A stretch of DNA of 64,000 bases from Octopus sinensis. Taxonomy: Eukaryota. The notes beneath the pieces are model-generated. The model was not told where the DNA came from and did not search any database. It worked only from the letters and a program-made list of their open reading frames with translations. Location: contig NC_042998.1 of assembly GCF_006345805.1 (NCBI RefSeq), forward strand, positions 15,438,001 to 15,502,000, read 5' to 3'. The position numbers and the translations under genes are program-made. Below, piece after piece: positions 55,441-64,000 of this stretch. Numbering within the stretch: position 1 is the first letter of the stretch; the number at the start of each line of letters is the position of its first letter.

Positions 55441-56014
55441 TTCCATTCTGCATCTCTTCGATTGTTTGATCTCTAATATTGAACCGTAATCTTTATTTTG
55501 TTTGCCTAATGGTGCTTGTTAATTCAGTTTTTGCTTTACTCCACACCGTTGCGATATCAGTCCTATTTTCTATGAGGACACAATAATCGTCCTTCACGCC
55601 AACATTCAAATATACTTCTGAAAGAATATACATTAGTCGTCCCTGATGTAACCTATCCCGTTAGAATGATGCATATTAGAAGAGATAGAACGCGTAAAAG
55701 AGAGAGAGATAGATAGCTACGAGGAAGGAGGGGGAGGAAGAGAGGGCGATGGAGTGAGGTTTACAGACGGAATTTAACTGGTATTTTAAGTTGCCCGGAT
55801 TCATAGTAACATTGATTTAGGGGACAGCTGAAAAGTGGATCCAGAGAACAAGTGCATATACTCTACCGTCTATGCAAATTTGCGGCCTGTCCAATTACAA
55901 TGCTTAAAATAAACACCTGTTGTTTAAAACAGTGGTTCTCAACCTTTTCACTATCAAAGACATATTTTAGTGTAATGAGTTTTGGCACGAACCCTTTTTA
56001 ATATGCTTATCCTT

Positions 56015-56073
<59 letters not shown>

Positions 56074-56075
<2 letters not shown>

Positions 56076-56288
56076 AAGTTAATCCAAACATGAAAGCACA
56101 AAAAAACACAACAACGCGAGGACATGGAACAAATATAGTATTATTGGACGCTCAGGAAAGAGGGAAAGAAGGAGGTGTAACGTTTCGAGCGGATCTCTTC
56201 GTCGGAAACATAGGAGAAGGAAAGATCCAGAGAAGGGAAGACAGAGGAAAAAAATCGCCAACGGTACACACGTGGTCACATTTTGACA
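56074..56288 (-). mobile_element. Short hammerhead-bearing module, family A copy 3
   Basis: Homologous to the other family A copies; between (TA)n tracts. Confidence 0.85.
56175..56209 (-). ncRNA. Minimal hammerhead-like motif (U4C variant), slightly degenerate
   Basis: Sense: GTTT CCGACGA A GAGA-TCC-GCTC GAA ACGT T ACAC; one mismatch each in stems I and II. Confidence 0.55.
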
Positions 56289-56309
56289 TATATATATATA
56301 TATATACAA

Positions 56310-56958
56310 AAAGCAATAAAGATTCAAGTTAATTTAAATGAATTTACTTGAATATGGTACCTAACTTAGATGCACCAAAAAAAACTATACTGTTTTAACA
56401 ATACAGTAATGTGGGGTGATTATAAGCGAGAAAGAAGCAACAAGAATGGATAGGTTTTTAGTACAATCGTTTCATACAAGGACAGGCTTTATTAAATGTT
56501 GCAAAAATTACAGCATATAAACGTGTCCCGTACTCATCAGCTAAAATACATGTGAGTTCTCTAGACATCCTAGTGGTTGAAGCTATACTCATGAAGTAAT
56601 GTAGATAATTAAGTAACATAAACAGATTTCCAAAGTTCATTAAAGTTCTTTAAATATGATGTACAGTCTTATCACAGAATTTTAAAAACTTTTTTAAAAT
56701 TCTGTGATAAGACTGTTCATCATCTTTAAAGAACTTTAATGAACTTTGGAAATCTGTTTATGTTACTTAATTATCTACATTACTTCATGAGTATAGCCTC
56801 AACCACTAGGATGTCTAGAGAACTCACATGTATTTTAGCTGATGAGTACGGGACACGTTTATATGCTGTAATTTTTGCAACATTTAATAAAGCCTGTCCT
56901 TGTATGAAACGATTGTACTAAAAACCTATCCATTCTTGTTGCTTCTTTCTCGCTTATA
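56310..56958. mobile_element. Asymmetric fold-back element family H copy 2 (near-perfect 538 bp palindrome)
   Basis: 56421-56688 pairs with 56691-56958 around a 2 nt spacer; I saw about 3 mismatches; identical 60 aa translations on opposite strands; leader homologous to 39823-39908. Confidence 0.88.
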
Positions 56959-58825
56959 TATATATATATATATATAATGGAAGTTTGAATTTAGTTCACA
57001 GACCACCTGTACTACCTCTGCAGACCACAGGTTGGCAACCACTGGTCTAAAAAAAGTGTCTCTTCATTAACCCTTACAAATATCATTTATTTCTAACTAT
57101 TTAAAAAAAAATTATTTTCTAGTCTAGAACAATTTTTCAACATTTCTCGTGAGTCTTAACGCATTGTCACAACACTTTTGCTAACATACTGTATATGTAT
57201 TCTATTCTTACAAGTCGACGTTTGACAAGACATTTTCATTTCCTTATTATTTCTAAACTGCTGTTTACAATCTCAACATGTCGTAAACATACAACAAGCA
57301 CTGGCTATTTCTAAAATAACAACATGTGTTAGTTTTCAATTATTCCTTATTCATGGGCAGGATTGTACATTTTGGGAAACTGTAAAGCAATAATCTACAG
57401 AAATATATATATTCTCAGATACATGTTACTATATGCATCCACATGTGTACTTACACGCAACGCACAATCACATACCTTATTACTTACCTACACTTTTACG
57501 CACATGCGCACAAAATCACACACGCATATTTATATGTACGCATATGTGCACATGTACACTATCTACCTCTCTGTCTTTCTGTCTCTTCTCTCTGTCTCTC
57601 TGTCTCTCTTTCTCTCTCTCTCTCTATATATATATTTATATATATATTTATATACACACACACACACACACATACTCACACACACATATATATATATATA
57701 TATATAACTTATGTTTACATATACATATACTGTATATGTAATTACATACGTTATGTCATTACACCTTCGTTCACTCCCGAATGGTTTGAAAATAATCTCG
57801 CCCTACAGTCTAAAGAGAAAAGAAAAAAGCAATTTCAATTTTTCTTGTGATTCTTTCTGTATACCTCATTTATATGTACATAATACCATCTCTAAACACT
57901 TCGGACGTAATCGCATGTCACTTATTTCATGGAAATATTGATGGCGTTTTTTGTTTTTTACTTAAGAACCGCTGACCCTATTATCACATCTGAACAAAAT
58001 AAGAGAGGATACAAAGAAAAGTCAGTAAATAAATGGAAAAAGAAAAAAAAAACCCACGCAAATAAATAACTAAATGCAGGAAAAACTGTAAGTCCTTATT
58101 TCTAAATAGTAAATTCTTTCTGTCTGAACTACCGCAGCTTCTCGCTACTCGATCATTTAAATATGTATATCAAACAATTTTCTTGGAACGAAATGTGCGT
58201 AACAATACTATAAATATTACGTAATATATGTTTTTTTTTGTTATTTGGAAAAACACCGAAAATGAAAACAAAAAATCTTATTACGAGAGAGGATGAGAAA
58301 CCAAAGAAAAACAAAGAACGAAAAAATACAATATTTCCTCGTAGAACTATATTGATTTTTAGGTGTAAGTTGAATATGTTAAAAAAGATTATAAATACGT
58401 AATAATACATTGAAGCAACACGATGCATATATGACACTTATAGAATATTACATGTCATTTACATTTTCTCCAAACTTTGGTGTGAATATAGCTTTATTAA
58501 ATAAGTTTAGTTGTTGGTAGAGAAGCTTGAAATTTCCGGACACATTTGCACATCGATTCCATTGGTGAAACTGCATTTAGTTACAGAAATATTAATTGTA
58601 TACACGAGAAGAATAAGTACAACGTTATATGAACGACTATGTGATTGCTAGACCTGTTATGGAATGGAATCAACAATCCATCGTATTACATCGCATCGTC
58701 TTAAAAAAAAAATTTGACGCATTAGAAAATGCAGTCTGGGATATATTTCTGGCAAAAAACAAAAAAAAAATGATCAAATAAATCCATATAGAAACCTTTA
58801 GCTTAAAGCTGGAAAACTAGTTGAA

Positions 58826-58992
58826 CATCTGATTCCAATAGCTAGAAATAGCAGCCAAATGCCGCACAATTCATAGACATGTCTCTCCCATAGATAGAAA
58901 GAGTCACCAAACCCACAAAAATCGTAGACATCTCTCTTCCATAGTTAGAAATAGCAGCCAAATGCCGCACAAATCAAGGACATCTCTCATTC
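58826..58992. repeat. Minisatellite, ~51-52 bp unit, about 3 copies
   Basis: CATCTCTCTTCCATAGTTAGAAATAGCAGCCAAATGCCGCACAAATC-type units. Confidence 0.8.
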
Positions 58993-59604
58993 ATAAAACA
59001 CAGAAAAGACACAAAGAATTGAGGCGCCAAAAACCGAAAGTCTCCAGAATTAAAAAACATTGAATCTTTTCATTGTTTAATACTTGCGCAAATGTTTCAT
59101 AAAGGACTGTGTTGTTTATATATGTGTGTATATGGCAGTTGAGAAATGCCTTATAAATACGTATTTTAAGTATTATAAACGTATTATTATTATCAGCAAA
59201 TGGGTTAGAAAGAAGGGTTGTGATGGTTTCATTCATTCCTGTAGTTCGGACATTTGTGTTAACAAATATTTAAATCAGAAAACAGAGATAATTTTTTTAA
59301 AAACCCATTAAAAGAAGATAATTAAAACTCAGAAATTGTACGCTGTTTGCTTATTTATCTTCAACGTTATTTCTTTTGACTCTTTCCTTAGGTGAAATAT
59401 TTTTATGAGACATATCTAATGCCAGGACGGGTTAGAATTCCTATAAAGTTTAGTAGACTCGAGGTCACCGTAACCACAGTGGCTGAAATAGTTTCTTGGA
59501 CCGCATGCTGTAACATCCTGGAAAGTGAACGAGTATTCGACGAGTTAAATATCAGGATGGTATTTCGATTGTTTTATAAGTACTAACAATGTGATAACAG
59601 GTCA

Positions 59605-59812
59605 TTCGTGAGCCTATTAGCTCAGGAAGGAACTTTGTCCGTCGTAGGCGCTTCTCCGTTGCATGATTATTCATGCTTGCTAGCTAAGTGAACTCAAGAA
59701 ACGTGGAATGAAGTCTTTCGCTTACGAACTAGACGCATCGTCCGATCCAAGAATCGAAGTCACTGTTTTACGATCATGAGTGCAACATCCTACCACTAAG
59801 TCTTGTACCGCC
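59605..59812 (-). mobile_element. Degenerate tRNA-derived SINE
   Basis: Minus strand GGCGGTACAAGACTTAGTGGTAGGATGTTGCACTCATGATCG..GACTTCGATTC (A and B boxes), similar in type to 540-660. Confidence 0.55.
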
Positions 59813-60775
59813 ATTTGTTTAAGAATACTACTGCATAAATCCACTTTTAATTCTAAAATATCTTCTGGGCGAAAGAGAAAGCAAAACTAGGTAATTTCCA
59901 TAAAAAGTGTAATATTTGCATATATTAATACAATCCGTCCATAACTGTGAGTTGTAACCTCCCACTGGTTACGAAAACACTATCTAACAGAGTTTATATT
60001 CAAAGCCTTACAAGAGGTAGGAGTTTTAAGAAACAGTTCCGTATTGACGGCAAAAAGTATTATGCAGGAAAGGACAAGGTAGTTATACAATTGCTTAATA
60101 TGAATGTATTGTTCTTTTAATTTCTGTTTCGTTTTGAGTATAAGAATACGATTCATAAGTTATCTGAAGGAAATTATCTAAATTATCTGAAGGAAACGAG
60201 TATTTCACTGGAAGCCCTCTTTCTTGGTTTCTGAGGATTTAAGTGAATGCTTGAGTAACAACCATTTTGTTTGCTGCAGTGGTAACACTGACCGGACAAC
60301 AACTTCTCTATGCATTGCAGATGGACACAGTCTGCTCAAATTTGCCACGTATTCTGTATACTGTCAAATTAACGAAGCTGGTCTTTCAAATTCGTCAGCC
60401 AATTTCTGTCGAAAATTATTTTGCATTCTGTGCTTTCCAGCAATGCTTAGTGATCCACTGTCATTCATCCATGGTCAAATTTCGAGGCATATGATAAATA
60501 TCTATAATTAGGAATAACTATCTGATTATAGAAAAAATTACTTACAAAGAACAAAGAATCATAAATATCTTACCCTAAAAATGAAAGATAGAACTGGAAA
60601 GAACATTCGACTCACATGAAGCAACTGCATATCTACTTTTATTGAAGACTGTATTTCAACATAGCTTTTTGTGGTGGGGGTTAACTATTGTCATCCCAAG
60701 TTTGAAAATCTACTATGTAGTTTTCAAATATGCGCGATTCACAGAAAGGGGAATATATTTGCTCTCTTGGTATGT

Positions 60776-60827
<52 letters not shown>

Positions 60828-60898
60828 AGAGAGAGAGAGAGAGAAAAGGAGAAAGAGGTGTGGAGTGAGGGTGAGATAGGTATATGTATATAGATATA

Positions 60899-60939
<41 letters not shown>

Positions 60940-61263
60940 TATATATGTATGGATATGTGTGTACATGTGTGTCAGTGTGTTTGTGTGTGACATATAGAGG
61001 AAAACAAATTTGTTCGATATTGTCAGTTTACTACACGTTTTATAGAGTGGCAAAGTTAAGTAATCATGGTATTCTCTGTAAAAGCCAATCTTTTTTTTCC
61101 AATTCTTGACACCGTTCTAGACACCTATATATTTTCACGCTTCACTATTGATTGTATTTCTTAAAGCCGTTAAAACAACAATTTTGACGCATTAAATAAA
61201 ATCAATCTGTATATATACATATATATATATAGAGACAGAATTGAATTATATATATATATAATA

Positions 61264-61307
<44 letters not shown>

Positions 61308-62111
61308 GAATTTATATATATACATATATATATATATACATATACATATATGTATATAGATATACACTCACACACATACACACAGACACACACACATATA
61401 TATACATATATATATATATATAATATATATATATATATATACATACATACATATCCACACACTCGCACACATGTATATAAATGTATATACATATATATGT
61501 GTATATACATGCATATAAATATGTATATAGACACGTATATATATGTATATATACATACATATATATGTGTCATAAACAAGACCGCATTCTAAGTGAAAGT
61601 TCTCTTGAAATATATAGGTTACACAGATAAAAGATTTCGTACGTATAACAAAGTATCATTGCATTCTAAAACAGAGATAGTGTATAGATTAGGTGTGAGT
61701 ATGTCTTGTTGATGTGTTTGTCGATGTTTCCTTTGGTCCTTCTGTTGGTTTTTGGTGTGGCTGTTCTTAATATTCTTGCGGTTGTGGCCGTTGCTACCTT
61801 TGTCATAGTTGTGTTACGGAACATATATTCTTATATAGACTCCATTCTTACGCAAACAGAGAAATATGATAAATTTCGAGTTATGAACACAAAATGCATG
61901 AAGCAATTTCTCATGATAATTTTTCTCGCAAGTATGAGGATTCTCTCCCACTCGATCCTAGTAAATGTCAGATTTGTTTATAGGAAGGTTAGTACCAATA
62001 AAATGCTTTGTGTTTATAATCCCGAATTTTACTGAACCCCATTTTATTATCGACACTTTAAGCTGTACTATGTTTTCACTTCAAATTTGCTGTTCACCTA
62101 TCAGATGTTAT

Positions 62112-62205
62112 TGGATTTCATTAATGAAATAGTCAAAAATAATTAAGTACTTAAGTTTGGGATTTCATCAATGAAATAGTCAAAAATAATTATATACTTA
62201 AGTTT
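62112..62205. repeat. 47 bp tandem duplication
   Basis: GGATTTCATyAATGAAATAGTCAAAAATAATTAwrTACTTAAGTTT twice. Confidence 0.85.
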
Positions 62206-63520
62206 GGGATCCTTTGGCATTTCGGCGGAAGATTTTGCTACAAAGGAAAACACTAAAAGACTTTAGAGTTTAAAAAAAGACCCCAGAAAGATAGGAAAGG
62301 AAGAAAGAAGATAACAGTGTATACCACGATCTCTTCCTGGGTAGCAACGGTTAGTTCCTATTTGCTTTCGCCTCCTAGAAATTATGAAAAATGGTTTATG
62401 ATTCCATTAATATTTGCTCTTGTTACTTTTATTCAAACTCGAATGTATCCCTCTCAACACACGGCTATTATGCTCTCCCTCCTACTCCTGCTTCTGATCA
62501 GAGATGCATAAATCGTCAGACTCTAAGGGGAATGTCCAAGTAGTAACGGTCAAGCAACTGACATGCAAATCTGTGGTATTCAACAAACGTGATGTTTCTG
62601 CTTCAGCAATTCAACGCTGAATCTGTCTGAAATGTAATGGAAAATAAGTCAGTTTCAAAATATTGATATCCAGGTCGCAAAATGGAAATTTGAAGCGAAT
62701 AGTAGACTTTGTCTTTGATTTCTAGATAGAACGAAATAAGAAATAACACCTACAGGCAATAAATAAATAAATAAATATAAATATAAATTCTGTTGCACTG
62801 TGTAATCTAAAGCTTGCCTAGTTATTAATATCTCTATTATTTTTTATCAGTCGTCGAAGAGTCGAGTTAAACTAGGCTTACAGGTAAAGCGTCCTTATGT
62901 ACCATTTAGTTTGGAATGGCTAAATGTTCCCTCTTAAATCTCGATAACTTCACTGGCTATCATCAGAGTAGTAGTATCCGTTATTGCTAATAGTTGGGTG
63001 GGGATTGATTAATGTCTTACACCATTATTTATTATTATCTTTCTATTTTGAGATAGAGAAATTGCACTGGCCTCATTATAGAGAAATTATAGAGAAAGGA
63101 ATCCCTTCTTACCACAGATTCGTTTTTCTTTCGGAACTAATATGACTAGTCCAACATTTATTTCAGAACTATAGTACCCACTAACTTTTATTACCGCCTT
63201 TTGATAAATGTTTTTATGTGCCGCCTTTGATAGATTTTATCGATGAATTGTCGAATGTTTCCAGGTAAAGAGGGTGTAAAACAAAATCTAAATAAACTGT
63301 AGCCCACTTGAATCTATCCAAACCTTTTAAAACAGAGGATCATGAAAAGGCTTTCCACAGTGCAAGTGGTATTGGTTCTCTTATCAGAATCACAGATATT
63401 TCATGTGTATTTGTATCTGCTTTATGATCAGGTTACATGAGAATCTCTGAGAATCTTTAAGTTTGCTTGATACTCTTTGTGACTGGATATCTTACTGGTT
63501 GTGACAGCAGATCTAGTTCC

Positions 63521-63828
63521 ATTTGTTTTTCGCTCCTTCTCGAGCCATGCATGGTTCATAAGGGCCGGTTTCCAGGTTTCCTTGGACCATAGGTCCTCCA
63601 CTTGGACGGGACGCCGGTCCGGCGCAGGTGTGGTGCAAGATGCAGGAGGAAAGAATGAGAGAAAGTTGTGGCGAAAGAGTCAGCAGAAGTTCGCCTTTAT
63701 CTTCTGCCGGAGTCGCGTGGAGCTTAGGTGTTTCGCTCATAAACACAAACATCGCCCGGTCTGAGACTCGAACTCGCGATCCCATGACCGCGAGTCCTCT
63801 GCTCTAACCACTAGGCCATGTGCATCCA
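63521..63828 (-). mobile_element. SINE family 3, 3' module type b, full length
   Basis: tRNA-like head GTGGATGCACATGGCCTAGTGGTTAGAGCAGAGGACTCGCGG..GAGTTCGAGTC; perfect 13 bp TSD CAGATCTAGTTCC at 63508-63520 and 63829-63841. Confidence 0.9.
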
Positions 63829-64000
63829 CAGATCTAGTTCCGTCATATATCACGTGTTCCTTTCCATTAAAATTTTACTACACTGTGTCTCCAAATCTTC
63901 CATTTGCACACACTTCAATACTGAAATTCTTCTTGACGCTGTCGACGGCATTTCTGAAGCAACGAAGGCGTCTCAAAGAAGAAGCTAATACTCTTTTACT

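Larger units (their letters stand above)
55930..57044. mobile_element. hAT-type MITE expanded by nested insertions
   Basis: TIRs CAGTGGTTCTCAACC / GGTTGGCAACCACTG; 8 bp TSD GTTTAAAA (55922-55929) / GTCTAAAA (57045-57052). Confidence 0.85.

Noticed and set aside
56458-56921. Identical 60 aa ORFs on opposite strands suggesting a gene pair
   Set aside because: A consequence of the palindrome, not evidence of coding.
58826-58992. CRISPR-like array
   Set aside because: Head-to-tail minisatellite without unique spacers, no cas genes, eukaryotic context.

Overview
Eukaryotic, very AT-rich, microsatellite-dense DNA with no intact protein-coding gene, rRNA, full tRNA or CRISPR array that I can support. 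The repeat types (tRNA-derived SINEs, CR1-like LINEs, Penelope-like elements, mariner, hAT MITEs, Helitron, long (TA)n/(CTAT)n tracts) suggest an intergenic or intronic segment of an octopus-like cephalopod genome; this is inference, not a database match. Almost all ORFs in the supplied track are microsatellite translations. Real coding remnants are all transposon-derived: a Penelope RT fragment and a Penelope GIY-YIG element, three CR1-like LINE pieces, R4/Dong-like pieces, mariner pieces and a Helitron Pif1-like helicase. The most interesting signal is a set of elements embedded in (TA)n or other simple repeats. First, five ~160-220 bp non-autonomous modules in two related families each carry a minimal hammerhead-ribozyme fold with a palindromic or near-palindromic stem III and family-specific core substitutions (U4C or A6U). 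Second, a Penelope element has ~770 bp inverted arms. Third, several fold-back hairpins have arms far more similar within a copy than between copies. Two unexplained candidate exons and an mRNA-like fragment inside a SINE are also flagged. Coordinates were read by eye; decayed element ends may be off by several bases.
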